Origin: Bugula neritina
Taxonomy: Eukaryota; Animalia; Bryozoa
Reading direction: 5' to 3'
Assembly: GCA_964035545.1 (NCBI GenBank)
Contig: OZ037765.1
Location: 14,084,698 to 14,148,697, forward strand
DNA: 64,000 nucleotides
Part shown: positions 33,932-47,159 of the stretch, piece after piece
How the letters are laid out: every line of letters starts with the position of its first letter
Numbering within the stretch: position 1 is the first letter of the stretch
Program-made: the position numbers and the translations under genes
Notes under the pieces: generated by a model
Seen by the model: the letters and a program-made list of their open reading frames with translations, nothing else
The model's database searches: none
Told to the model about the DNA's origin: nothing

Positions 33932-34447
33932 CGTAGTTCAGCTGCCATAATCTTTTTGAGCTTTTGCTTTTTAGCAATGATAAACTACTGTATGTATTAT
34001 TAGACCAATCAAATAATTTAGAATTTTTATTTCAATATTTTAAATGTGTTTGTTGTTTACATTTTAATAATAAAAACTTATTTAACAAAAACAATTAGAA
34101 ATACTGAAAAATTACATAAATCTGGTTTTTAGAAAATAAACGCATGTGTGCATTTATTATATAATATAAAAAATCATTCAATTGCTGATTTCCAAACACC
34201 CAAGTAATAGGTAGACTTAATCAGTCATAAAACTTTGGTAGTTCTAAAATTTAGTTCCAAAAAAAATACTGGGTTGCTTAAAGCAGGAGGTAAACAATTG
34301 AAATATGAAATAGCCTCTCTCTCCCCTAGCTGATTAACTTCGGACTTCTTGAGAATTATACACTGTTAAAGACCTGTGTTTGGTTGGTAACCAAACCTTA
34401 AATGCATACATATATACAGTATACACTAACTCTACAATAAATTATCT

Positions 34448-37400
34448 TCAGGCTACTTTCAACTGTCTTTTCATTATGGTTGAAAACAAAGAGTTGTACA
34501 TGTGAAAAACGTTTTCGCCAGTTGCTGCAGACACTTCAAAGTATCTACAAGAGACCATTTAAATTTAATGTCACATATTATAGCTATTGTATTCTTTATC
34601 ATTAGAGTTATTGAAAATTAAAACACTTCTTTTCATTGCAAACTAGACCAATAGACTATCATTCATACCCCATTCTATGCTGTTTAGCCCATTCTTCACC
34701 CTTCTCTTTAGAAATGACTCGCTTATTTGTCTGATCAACCTATAAGAATTTCAATTAGATATGAGAAGACGACTCAAATAAAATTTTTAAACCTTGACCC
34801 ATCACTATCACAATTATTTTAGTTGAACTTTAGCACTAGAAGCCATATCTAGTATACCCTTCTGACCACAAATGTTACATATATATAATGAAACTTCTCA
34901 ATTAAATCCCATTGTCTTGCAACAGCATTTAAAATTAAAACATATTGTGTGCATTTGTGAAAGCTAATCGTCAATTTTAAGGAGTATCTCACAAGCTCCC
35001 TTTGATATGTGAAAAGAGAAATTCTTGTCCGGATATGTAGGAATTATACGACAAGAAAGGATTCGACTATATGCTAACTGCTGACAATAAGTGTACCAAC
35101 ACAATGTAATGTTAAGAAGATGAGCCATGAAAGCTAGTTACTACAGTCTTGCTTTCTAGCTTCCTAACACATTGCTTCTGCAAGAGAGTGGATAATAATA
35201 TATTACCGTATGTATTACCTTGCATGCACAAAGTAAAATAACAGGCTTTGGGTTGCATATTCTGTTGATTTCATTGTACCAAAAGTTGACAGAGTCAAAG
35301 GAGTTGGGGCTAGTGACATCATAAGTAATAAAAGCGCCATCTGTCTTTCCATACAGTTCTATTCTAGTGTCGTAATAGTCATCATCCCCGGAAAGATCCC
35401 AAAGATGTATACGAACTGTTGGAAAGAGTACATAAATGATGGAGTATCAACTTATCAGGCTACATGTTACAGTAAACTCTCGTACTTTTTCAGGCAGAAA
35501 ATATTAATAAGCGTGCAGCCTGCAACTTTTAGAGCAATTAGCTTGATAGCACATCTCCTAAATTTTCTGTAAAAGACTGCTGGCAACTTGTCATTACATT
35601 AGTGTGACTTGCTTTAATAAAACCAAATGAGGGAAATGCATTAATTTTAAAGGCAATTTAATTAAATTTTGTTTACAATTCATAAAGAAAACATGACATT
35701 GAAGTCTCTATTTATATGTTAAAATATACTAAATTAATGAAAAGTAAAGGAATAATTATAGAGTTGGCTCTGTGCATGATAAACAATCATCCATGGGTGC
35801 TTTATTGTTGTAATTGGATTGTTATATAATGATTTATACCCCCTTGCAGAAACTCTCACCCTAATTTCTGATGTCAAACCTACTGCAATATTGACCCATC
35901 AAAATATAGCACTAAATATAAACGCTGATAGCAACATTTACTTGTATATATGTAGAAGCATAAAGTTGCAACATTACTATATTTGTCTACAGTGTAACTA
36001 ACAACTACTCACAAAATATATAAATGGAGTTAACCATGAATTCATGAAACAAAAAGCCTTTTAGCTACAGCACAAGGTCAGAAAACTCCTCTAGGATAGA
36101 AAATTAAAATATAGAAAAGACCCAGGTTGTTCAGATTTCGAAGTATAAAAGATGAAGCGATGTTTTTACATTCGAATTGAATGTAGCAAGTTAGCAGAGG
36201 CTGTTAATAATATGCTGAATATGCTTTGTCTTAATATATATAAACGCTTATACTATGTTATTTATAATAGTCAGTTTGTGCATGTAGATCTAGAGTGGAC
36301 CATTGATATCTAGAGCAATAAACTATCATAAACTCTTCAACCAGTCTCCGAATTTAATAAAGCAAACATAGCATAAACATGGTGTCTTGAGTGAAAACTT
36401 AAAAATTCAAAATTATTTGCTGGAAAGAGACAACAATCAATACAACTAAATCAACAACAAAAAGCACAAGATGAGCATCAGTGTTGACTTCAAGAGGAAC
36501 AGACTCAATCGGATGTCACAGCAGCAATTCCCACAGAAGTGAATATCTTGTAGCCTGAGCCAGCCCCAGTTGAATGGCAACAGTCAAGGCAGATGAGAAC
36601 CCCAGCTAAATATGAGCAATATAAACTACACATACTAAACAATTGTACCTAATCTGACTAGAAGGCATGGGACAACAAACTAGAAAAGCCCAAACCACAA
36701 ACCCTGAGAACATGATGTACCCTAAAGGGAGACAATCTCATAATGATACTTTGTTATACAATCAATAACAAAATCTTACTCCTTGTTTTATGTATCAGTT
36801 CTTAGTTTTTTGTTTTGGTTTTGTTTTCACTATTGTTAAAGTTTTGTAAAGGGGATGTTGATGATATGATATGATTTGTCTTGATATATAACTAGAGCAA
36901 TAAACTATCATAAACTTTTCAAAAAGTATCTGAATCTAATGGAGCAAACATAATATAAACAGAGGCTAAACATATAAACATGAATGCATGGTGCAGATAA
37001 TACATTGGAGTTCATGCTCATGTGCACAAATCACTACCCAAAAAAAACTGATACAATTAGTAAGCAAAAAAAGTGATGGAGTCTAATACAGCCATGATTG
37101 TATAATGTTATCAAATTCAAGCAAAGGAACAGACATTGTAATCAAAAATGAAAATAATGAATACATGTGTGCTAGATATGTATAAAAGTTTTATGTGATG
37201 GGAGAGTTGAAAACAGAGACAAATATGATAAATACAAGGAATGAGTTGAGAGTAAAGAATAGCTTGGATAACTTTAATAAAATAATGTTACACCAATGAT
37301 TGATAGGAGCATTAGAAATAATAGATAAATCTACAGAATATATGTCAACCTACGAAAAGGAAAAGACAGAGTTCAATCATCAATGTCATGCTAAGGGCAG

Positions 37401-38183
37401 CACGGATACTAAGAGAAATGTAAGATATTACTGAGCATAACTTATAGTCCGTAGCTAAATGTATCATAAGTGAATGTCATAGAGTATAATCTAATAATAA
37501 TAATAATAACAATAATAATAATAATAATTTATTAACCTTCCTTGTCATCAACTGTCTCTATTTTAAAGCCATAATCAACGCCAACAGTTGGTTGGTATCC
37601 TGGTGTAAACTAAAAGTTCAAGTACAGAGTTGTAATACTATATTTATAATGTTGTATTATATGCACAACACAATGGACTATAATAAAATAATTAGCATCA
37701 ATTTGCTCATATACTAAGTAAATCAGACTACTTGCTAATGCTAACTTACTAAAAAAATGCAATTAATTTTTTTATTGATGGAACTTGTACAGTTTTAGTG
37801 TAGTCTCACCTTGTTTTCACAAAAATATTTTATTAAACTTGTTTTTCCTGAACCCACACTTCCTACACCAACAATCTATAAAAATTATTTATATTCATAC
37901 CAATAATAAACATAAACCAACAAATATAAAACAAAAGTGCTAAACATAAAACCAAACTGTAATAAATAAAAAAGGTCAAGCACATTGTAATGTGCGTAGT
38001 GAAAGCTTAAATATCTTTCATTTCCTTTAAATCAGTGTAATACCATTCTTTTACTTAATGTACTTTTCCAATGATATTATGGTATTTTTTATAGAAAACT
38101 ATAAAACTTACTTTTAGCCATTTTAAACTATAAATGTGCTCAGAAACTTTAGATTCAATATCTTTTCTTTTATCTTCAACCAT
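34448..38183 (-). CDS. RJL/DNAJC27-like Ras-superfamily small GTPase, 191 aa, 6 coding exons (no J domain, no prenylation motif)
   Basis: Phase-consistent exons 38183-38112, 37875-37810, 37609-37537, 35415-35219, 34739-34669, 34544-34448 give MVEDKRKDIESKVSEHIYSLKWLKIVGVGSVGSGKTSLIKYFCENKFTPGYQPTVGVDYGFKIETVDDKEVRIHLWDLSGDDDYYDTRIELYGKTDGAFITYDVTSPNSFDSVNFWYNEINRICNPKPVILLCACKVDQTNKRVISKEKGEEWAKQHRMGYFEVSAATGENVFHMYNSLFSTIMKRQLKVA*. G1 GSVGSGKT, G2 PTVGVDY, G3 WDLSG, G4 CKVD, G5 EVSA. The start codon is uncertain because an acceptor lies 2 nt upstream. Confidence 0.88.
36202..36961 (+). mobile_element. Miniature LTR retroelement (TRIM-like / Gypsy deletion derivative) in intron 3 of the GTPase gene
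   Basis: Diverged direct repeats TG...CA at 36202-36379 and 36856-36961 (shared tgttRatRatatg, tttgtcttRatatata and ctagagcaataaactatcataaact...agcaaacata). 5-bp TSD GAGGC (36197-36201, 36962-36966). PBS-like tggtgtcttgagtg at 36380; PPT aaagggga at 36848-36855. Confidence 0.75.
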
Positions 38184-38689
38184 ATCTAGAGCAAAGTTGA
38201 AATATTTTAAGACAATAACTTGCTTATGAAATCAAAACTGTTAAAGCAGAACTGCAAGCAGACAATTTAATTATATTTTTTCAAAAATTAGCCAACAAAG
38301 TTTATATTGTAAGTTTTAGTGTCAAAATCAGTAGTTTCAGTTGTAGCTTCGGCCACTAAAATGCAAATCTGGTTAAAGTTATGTTGATTAAGGGAAATCT
38401 TCAACCTAGAGTTTGTAGTTTTACAATTTGGCTATTTTACTAAACATTTTGGTTTGAGTTCATAGTTTTGTTTGACATGAGACTGGTTTCTAAAGCTTTA
38501 GTAAGTTAAAAAAAACTATAAGTATATATTGATATCATTAAACATAATAATTCAATAAATTGTTTCAGGTCAATTTTGTCATAAATAAAACAGTTCATTT
38601 AAGTCTATTCTCAACCGATAACAAAATAGGTTCGCAACAAATTTTCTCTTGAAATTTATGGTATAGTAAGCTTTAGCTGTTTTTGTCCC

Positions 38690-38870
38690 GTAGATATTAC
38701 CGATTATTTAAACGAATAACTTATTTTAAAAAAGACAAAGCACAGGTATATTTAGCAGCCTTGAGCGCAGCCCAAGCGTCGTTGAAATAAACCGCAACTT
38801 TTATAAAGCAGTCCAGAAATCTGTTGCTCATTTAATTAGGCTATGTAGTTTACGTTTCCGGTTATAAGGT
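38690..38870. promoter_or_regulatory. Putative bidirectional promoter between the divergent GTPase (-) and TTC5 (+) genes
   Basis: Small CpG-containing patch (gagcgcagcccaagcgtcg; ETS-like ttccgg at ~38856). It is flanked by a minus-strand donor-like site (~38700) and a plus-strand donor-like site (ataag|gtttaa, ~38868). Both genes have an acceptor just upstream of their ATG, implying non-coding first exons. Confidence 0.4.
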
Positions 38871-41067
38871 TTAAATTCTAGCTTTATATTTCAGTTTTAC
38901 GTCTAAGTATTACTATTACTTTATTAGTAATTATTTAATTTTTATGTTATTTAAAACGTAGCGTTTCAAATGTAAAAACTAGTAATTTTAATTTAAATGT
39001 TCTTGTACAATTTCAGCATTAAATTATCTTGAGTTTTTCATTCTAATACAATACTTACTTAGGACTAGGTCCCTTTGATTTGGATTTTGCAAACTCAAAG
39101 GCACTATGACTATCAGTATCACGGGTCTCAGTATCACGTCTATCAATATCACTATGACTATGACTATTAGTATGACTATCAGTATGAGTATCAGTATCAG
39201 TAAGTCAAAGTAATTGAATCAGTATGATTATCATTATCATTATGACTATCACTATGAGTATGGGTATGACTTAGTCTAAGTCTTATGAGTATCACAATCA
39301 ATGAGTATACTATACGCACTCACTAATTATAATACTTAATAGTAAAATGTCAGACTGAATACGAGCACATTTGCACATAAGTAGGGAGCGTGATAGGCTA
39401 AGTTGAGAGAAGCAGAATGTGTGCCCAAAGTCACCACATAGTTTCACATTCACGTTGAGTTTGACAATTGTGATTGTCATTGTGGCGTTGTTGACACTGA
39501 TTGAATTTGATAATCATATTTACTGGTATTGTCACCACTACCACTACGGCTTATAGTTATATAAATTGTTTTGCTGAATCTGTTTTGGTTTAATAAAATA
39601 TATCAACATACATATATATAGAAACATAACTTTTAGAGTTGGGCAGTGATGGTTGCCTAGTAAAAGCAATTGACACAGTCAAATTAGGAGGGGTAACACG
39701 TAGTAACAATTCTCACAGTTCAAACAGTGTTACCTAATATTTTATTGCATCACATTAATTGATGGTTTTATGCGTTTAATTAAAAATAGGTTTTTGTAGC
39801 GCGTTTAAAAACTGATGGTAACTCTGTTTAGTTTAGAAAGATGAGGTAATTTTGCTTCAATTCACATTTTGTTAATGCCTACAGTAATATGATTCTACTG
39901 CTATTCATATAACCATAGCTACTTGAATTTGACCTTTTAAAACAAAAAACATATCTATATAATGCTTTAATTCTGAAAAGTCCATTGAAAAAACATTGTG
40001 ATGTTAATCTGTTTTATATAGAATTTTTCTATTCTGTGTATACTTGACCTATGCCTTTGGCACCATTTTAGTTTTAGTTTACAGAATTTATTTTTTAAAA
40101 ATTCAATAACATAGCAAAAGTTTATGCATGATTCCTAATGGGGAGAATGGAAAGAGTTTTCAACTACAGCAGGAAAACGTCACACAAAGCTAACAATGAC
40201 TTCACCACAATAGACTATGTTTGCCATAAATTTTGTTGTTACTGCAAATTTTTACTTTTTACAAAAGAACTATCCTGATCAATAAGTCCATTTTCCTCAC
40301 ACAACTTAATTTTACAGCTCTCTCCTCCATGGTGGTACATTCTTCAACGTAGTCAAGAGCACCATGTAGAAATTTCAGAGTTTGGCTATTGCATAAAATT
40401 TGAATTATGCTATATAATTTTAAGAATAAAATATGGATTTTAATAAGTTAAGGTGTTGGGATGCATTTATAGAGCTCTGAATGCAGGGTAGTTATTCAGT
40501 ACAGTTATCATAAGTGCTGAGGCATTTGCTATAAATTTTCACTTGAAACTTTTTGGTTTACATTTTTATGGAATGGTAATTACTTGAAACTAAAAACATT
40601 CTTGGCACCAAAACATGGAACTAAATTTAGAAACTGCTTTAAGTCAGTAATGCCAAAAGCGACAGACCTTTAAATGTTTACACAAAAAAATTTTCTACCA
40701 AAAGACTGGAAGCTCTTTTGCACATCTTTCTGTGCTTTTGTAATGTGCAACTCAACCAATTCTGTTCTTATAACATAATTAAATAAGAGAAGGTGTTATG
40801 GATGTAAAGGGAACTAAAGAGACTTTCTAAGCAAATTAATTAGAAAGTTCAAAAAGGCCTGCTTCGTCTTATTTGATTGACATAAATGGTTTTGAAATAA
40901 ACATTTGAGAAATAAATGTTCTACTCAGTTTTCCATCAATGAGACAACACACTTTGTGTTAAACAAATTGTTTAAAGTATTTTGCAAAGTTTATCAATGA
41001 ATCTGCACTGTTTGAATCGAATCATATAGTAACCCTACTATTGTAGGATTTATTAGAGGCTACCAGT

Positions 41068-42375
41068 ATGAGTCTAACACGAGATGAACTGCTGCAGAAA
41101 GTAGATGAGCTTTATCGATATCGTGATTTGTATATAGAAGAACATTCCGTAGACAAGGCTGATCAGAAAGAGGCTGATATAGAGAAGAAAATGCTAGAAA
41201 CTCTCCAACTTATTGACGACAACAAAACTTCTCTTAAAAGTAAAGCAGAGCATTTGATGCTTTCTGGAAAATGTCTCAATGTCAAATCAAAGTTTGATGA
41301 GAATGCACAGGAACTGGTATCAAAAGCTGTGAAGCTTGACCCAAAGCATGTTGAGTCTTGGAATATTTTAGGCGAATGTTTCTGGAAAAAAGGTGATATT
41401 GAATCTGCCAAAAACTGTTTCACCGGTGCCCTTCAGCATTCTAAAAACAAGGTATCCCTTAGAAACCTTTCTATGGTTTTAAGACAGTTTGGTAGTTCAC
41501 CAGAAGATAAATTGCGTCATATTCATGATAGTGTTACACATGCTAAGGAAGCTATCAACCTGGACATTAGTGACGGAACCTCATGGTTTGTGCTTGGTAA
41601 TGCTTACCTTGCACTCTTTTTCAGTGGCACTCAAAATGAGCAGAGTATACAAAATTGTATGAAAGCTTATAGTCAAGCTGAAAAAGATTTGATTGCCAAA
41701 AATAATCCTGATCTGCATTTTAACCGTTCCATGTGCTATTTGTACCAGGGTGACTTTGTGTCCGCTTTCAGTGGTTTTAAGAAATCAGCTGAGTTGGACC
41801 CTTCATGGGATATGCCTAAGGCTAAAGCTGACATGTTAAAAACCTATTTGAAAGCTCTCACTAATATGCTAATAACAAAGTGTGGACTGGTGGGTAAAAC
41901 CAAGCTTCAAAAGTTGAAATCTTCTATTGACAGTTCAGGTCTTGGTCCATACTCCGGTGGCTCATACACCAGTCCTCTAGGCCATTCCATCAACTTAGAG
42001 TACAAGTGTTTTGGTGCACTCAGCAGTGGGCTGAACACTGGCGTAGTTGTATGCGGTAAGGTGATAGGCAGTAGATCATCTGACTCAGCTATGCCGTACA
42101 CATTCATCCTCGTAGATGCTGATGAACAATGCATTGCTGTCTGCTTATACAATGTAGCTCAAACTTATGGAGTTAATTCTGGGGACTGTGTAGCTATTCC
42201 AGAGCCATATTTAATGTCCATAAAATTTGAGGAAGAAAATTTCGATAGTGATACAATAATACAATATGAATTTGTACGTGTTGAAACTCCTATGGTATTG
42301 GCTGTTAATGGGAAAAAACTTGGCATTGGCAAGCAAGCACCAACTGTACTTTCTGTTACAGCTCTTAGTGACTAA
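41068..42375 (+). CDS. TTC5: Tetratricopeptide repeat protein 5 (TTC5/STRAP), 435 aa, single coding exon
   Basis: N-terminal VDELYRYRDLY, TPRs (SKAVKLDP..VESWNILGECFWKKGD...AKNCFTGAL..SKNKVSLRNLSMVLRQ; DGTSWFVLGNAYL; NPDLHFNR) and a C-terminal OB fold (LGPYSGGSYTSP...GKV...PYTF.LVD...GDCVAIPEP...RVETP.VL.VNGK). Acceptor ttgtag at 41041-41046 precedes the ATG. Confidence 0.95.
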   Translation: MSLTRDELLQKVDELYRYRDLYIEEHSVDKADQKEADIEKKMLETLQLIDDNKTSLKSKAEHLMLSGKCLNVKSKFDENAQELVSKAVKLDPKHVESWNILGECFWKKGDIESAKNCFTGALQHSKNKVSLRNLSMVLRQFGSSPEDKLRHIHDSVTHAKEAINLDISDGTSWFVLGNAYLALFFSGTQNEQSIQNCMKAYSQAEKDLIAKNNPDLHFNRSMCYLYQGDFVSAFSGFKKSAELDPSWDMPKAKADMLKTYLKALTNMLITKCGLVGKTKLQKLKSSIDSSGLGPYSGGSYTSPLGHSINLEYKCFGALSSGLNTGVVVCGKVIGSRSSDSAMPYTFILVDADEQCIAVCLYNVAQTYGVNSGDCVAIPEPYLMSIKFEEENFDSDTIIQYEFVRVETPMVLAVNGKKLGIGKQAPTVLSVTALSD

Positions 42376-44330
42376 AGCTCTACATGTATCAAGTTCATGA
42401 AAATACGATTTTATAAATTCATATTGTGTAAATTTCCATAGATATTGTAGTAATGAAAATGGTTAGCTTATTTATATAAATTTTTAAACCAGGCTGAGCT
42501 GTTTTGGTTTAGTGTATGGTCATGGATTAAATTTGCTGCTTTAGAGCTGTTTTTCCCAGAGTCTCACTATCATAATTTATATTCAATTACCAAAGAATTT
42601 TCATGTAATAATGTTTGGCTAATTTTATTGAGTTATCCTTTAAAATAATAAATAGTAAAACAGTATAGCTATTTTTTGTACTTTATTTGACAAATGGTAT
42701 AAGAATTGATAAAATAAAACAATTATAAAGAACATAACTTATTAGAGCAGCCCTAATATAAATATGTTTTGATGATTATTTGATATTGTTTTGTGAAGTA
42801 GCTGCCTTGCCAAATAACATGTTTTTCTGCTCCATTGTCGGGTTAAAACTTTTTTATGTTTAGCTATGTGAGTGGCTTGTTTCTAAAGAAAGTCAATAGA
42901 TTTTAAGCACTTACCTCCATAAAAATTGCTTCTAATGGACATGGTTAACTCAGTAAATGTTAATTTGAAGGCATAATGCATGCTAGTAATTCTTACTTGC
43001 CTTCTAATAAACTCTGGTTTAGAATCAAACATTGTAATTCAAAGAATCTGAACTTGCCTTAGTCTTCACCCAACTTAGCTATATGTTCATAATGTAATAA
43101 TAATATGCTTGACATTATTTTTCATAATAAATTTAATTCCAATAAACTTGTTGAAAATTTTATTTTGTCTCTGTAATATTTTAATTATAATTAAAAGAGG
43201 AGGGAGTCTTTGATTTTAGGTGCTTTGAAAGCAATATATGTAACTACCCCTAGACTCTTGTGAGACGGGTGCATTAATGCTGCAATTAGCTACCACCAAT
43301 AGCCTATATGTATGATTACTTATAGTCTGATTTTAAAGCTAAACATAACAAAACCGCAGTTACTATTTATTTAAGATTTTATGTGGATGATAGACTGTTC
43401 CATGCTTCATATTCCCATGTATTGTGCAACACAGTCTTAATCAAGGCTGTGCTTTATTTCTTCTTTTTTTAGTTTCAATTTAAAATTAATTTCTTGTATT
43501 TAAATTTTTCTGGCACTTTATATAACCTATTTGCATTTAGTTGAAATTTTGGAAAACTGGTGTATTATTACGCACTTTTGTAGCTCTAAGTGTCAATTAC
43601 CTAATTACATTCTTGCCTTTTTCTAGGTCCTGTTGTTTTGCTATGTAATTGTTTTATCAACTTGACTCACATCATTACAAAGGAATATCTTTCATGATCT
43701 ATTTAGCTACTAATGTTATAATAAACTCTGGATAGCACTGCACTTGTGTCTGCACAACCTAAAATTGTAATATGTAATAAACACATGCTTCGATCTTTAA
43801 AAGTATCATTATACTATATATGTTGTATTCAATATACTATGTTAGTGCAGTTAATTATGCTTTTTTACTTCTTTCTTGTATCCATTTCATTCTGATTCTT
43901 GAACCCAGATATTGTAACAGTTATTAACTAAAATATTGTGGCCTGTGGAAGTGGCATAATATTCCATATTTCAATGTTTTTTATATACTAATAATTATTG
44001 TCACTAAACAGTCCTAAACATGTTATATCTTGCACCAACTATATCTTGCACTAACTGTTGAAAGCACGCCAACTTCTATAAGAAGCAACCTCATTACAGC
44101 CCGATAAGGGCATTAATTATTCATTATTATTGGTGTTGATTTTGTATAGGAACTTCATGCTTGTGCACAGTAATATAATGTTAAAAGTAAGTACTATCAA
44201 CTTGAGAGGAAGGTGGAGTTGTCTACTCTAGCAACCAGCCCGTTAGTTATGATAACATTTTGCAATATGGCTAATAATGACAGAGCTCTTTTGGTAGAAA
44301 ATAAATTTTAGCAGCATGGCTATTATATTC

Positions 44331-44720
44331 TTCTCACCTTTCTCCGCCATTTCCTGATCGGGTGGCAGGCTTTTGCCTAACCCCCAGGTGAACCAGACTT
44401 TTCCATCTTACTCGGTCACTTGTGTCATTCTGGTCTAGATCTAGCCAGCGGAGGTCAGCTTTGGTTGCTTACCACGCCCTCTGCTTCCTTCTACCCTCAT
44501 TTCATATTGTTTCCTGATATCTTCATTTTTCTCGCGCCGGCAACCATTTCAGCCTCTTTTTTCTCAAGACATCTCTGATTGGCAGAATATTAAAGCTTCT
44601 GTCGTTATCTCTTCATTTCTTTTGTGATCTTCTAAACTTATCCCTAGGCAGTACCTTAACATGCGCATCTTGCAGGAGCTAACTTTGTCTACCAGAGTTC
44701 CTGCAACAGGACAGGTCTCA
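44331..44720 (-). mobile_element. 5'-truncated RTE-type LINE 3' end with 16-bp TSD
   Basis: Minus-strand fragments KMRMLRYCLGISLEDHKRNEEI, VLRKKRLKW and VEGSRGRGK are typical of the RTE ORF2 C-terminus. Exact direct repeat catggctattatattc at 44315-44330 and 44721-44736. Confidence 0.85.
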
Positions 44721-45239
44721 CATGGCTATTATATTCATGCTAGAATAATTTAGGGACTGTTGAAATTATAAAGCCTTATAGCAAGAAAAAGGACTGTTAC
44801 ACTCTCCTAAGCTATACAGCAGCTGGCAGCAATATAATACAAGGTGATATAATTCATGACTTTAATACTTTTGCAGACTTGCATGCTCAACCTTATGCAT
44901 TATGATAATTAGAGTTGCGACACTCTCTTTAGTTTAAGCTTGGGCGAATTTAGCTAATTGCATGATGTGGCATTTACTCCTACTTATTCAGAACAAAATA
45001 TACAAACAGCTATATTAAGAGTCAAGACTAAAACTCATGCACAGTATATTTATAAAATAAAAAATAACATATAGTATTATATTGTTTTTGGCCAAATACT
45101 AATAAATTAACAAACATAAGTTATAAGTAATGTGTAGTTATAACTTAATAATCCGATTGTAATGAATTAAGTTTTTGGTTTGGTTCAGCATATATATTAT
45201 ATCTCCATTGGTGTGCTAGATTTTATTACTTACAAACTC

Positions 45240-45416
45240 ACATGGGTTATAACCACCATCCCTGTGAGACCCCATGATTGAAACTGTTTTTCAAAGAGAC
45301 TAAGGACTTATTTTCTATTGTGGTAAGGTATGATTGAATGCCCTTCCAAAAAACACCAATGGCCTTTACTGGGATTCAATCACTAACCTTATGCTTTAAC
45401 CATTCTAACCACCATG
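45240..45416 (-). mobile_element. Degenerate partial copy of the tRNA-SINE
   Basis: atgcccttccaaaaaacaccaatggcctttactgggattcaatc resembles atgctcttcctaacatcaccaaatggcctttgttggggatcgaacc of the 49.8-kb copy. Confidence 0.5.
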
Positions 45417-47159
45417 TTCTATTTCTATAACTATTTTATTGTCACAAGATCATACATTGACTTTCACCATAATTTTCACAATATAAAGTACATATACACC
45501 TGGTTTCTATCACGAGGCTAATTAAACAATCAATTTACAAGCATATTATATGCAAAGACAAAAAAAGAAAAAGACTTGACCAATCAAGTGACAAAAACTA
45601 AGTACAAAATTAAATATTGTGTCTCACAATAATGAAAATAAAAATATTTTAAAAACTTACTACTTTTGCTGCATTAAAAACTGGCTCCGTAGAACTGCAT
45701 ACTTTATTTACCCAAGGACTATGCTGGAGGTACAATATATCTGCAAAAGATTCAGCAAGTTTTGCGTGTAATTTTAATACACCTTATCGCTAAACAGTTT
45801 GAAAATCATTATTTTTAGCAGCCATGCAGCCGCTGAATTTTAACATCTGCTCCGCTGAGAGCTTTAATATAACAGTTGTTGTTAGTTTCTTATTAATCAC
45901 TGCATGCAGTGAACTTTATGTACCAATTTTGCATTTCTATTTAGTCCTGCTTGTATTTACATATCTTGCGATCTATTAAAATATACACAATTAATTAATT
46001 CTAACTCTAAGCGTATTATAAGCATCAAAATTTGGAGGCTTATGATTTCAATGTGCATCGTTAGCTCCATTTAATTCTTATATCAATTATGTTCCTTCAC
46101 TTTTAGTTTGCAAATAATAATCATTTAGACTGCGTGAGTACACATGATCATCTATGCAATGCACTGTGTACACCAACATAACGTACAATACCAACACCTA
46201 CATCCCAATTATTGCTCTTCAACACATAAAGACTGAATAAACATTTACTTGGATTAAATATACAAATCCATACATTATTTCATTTTGGTTGATTGAATTT
46301 ATTCAAGAAATGCATCGTGTGACTAGTTTATTGCGGATGTTGATTTTATACTTTACTTTAATCAATAATGTTCTGTTATAATGCAACCTTCCAGAACTCT
46401 CGTAACATTAGCTGCTGCTGCTGTATAAATTATTAGAGCACTTTGAAAGGCTTTTAAATGTTGATTGACTCAAGTGAGTGAGCTCCGGTCTATCATTGTA
46501 TATTGACTATACCTACAATGCAGAGCAATATCAATGGCTAATCCTTGATGTGTGCAGCAGACTCATAGAGTAAGTATACATTTTACTGTATAGCATTCTA
46601 ATAACTTAGTTGCCGTTCTAAATTCAAGATTTAGTTGGAATAGCTGTGCTTATTGTCATCCCTCGACCACACTTCTATAGTATTTTAGATTTAAATGCAT
46701 CATGGAGACTAAACTATATTTTTTCTCACCTATTCTCACTTATCGCTGCTTTTGGAGACTAAATTATATCATTTTCATAATTATCTTTAATCCCACTTAA
46801 TCCTGCTTTAGTTTTATTTGACCAATATGTGATACAAACATTCTAAAGAACAAAAAATACCCAGAAAATAAATAAAAAAACATTACAAACTTTTGGCATT
46901 AAACGAGTTAAATTTAAAATCAAGAGTTAGCTCAAACTTCACCAATAGAAATGGCAAGTATAGAGTAATACCCCAACCTTGACTAGAATTAAAATAATGG
47001 CTCATATTAACTTGGACCAGTTGCTACAGTAGCCACCTCTGATTGGTTGATAGCCAAGCATTGTAATTAGGGTTAATGCTATATGACACTCTCTTGGAAT
47101 TCCTCCCAGCTTGAATTGCTGCTCCATCATGCTGATGCTGCATGAGCTGAAAGAGTTTG

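Noticed and set aside
39722-39828. Short imperfect inverted repeat (cagtgttacc...ggtaactctg) as a MITE
   Set aside because: Only ~10-13 bp match with a mismatch, no clear TSD is present, and there is no second copy in the window.
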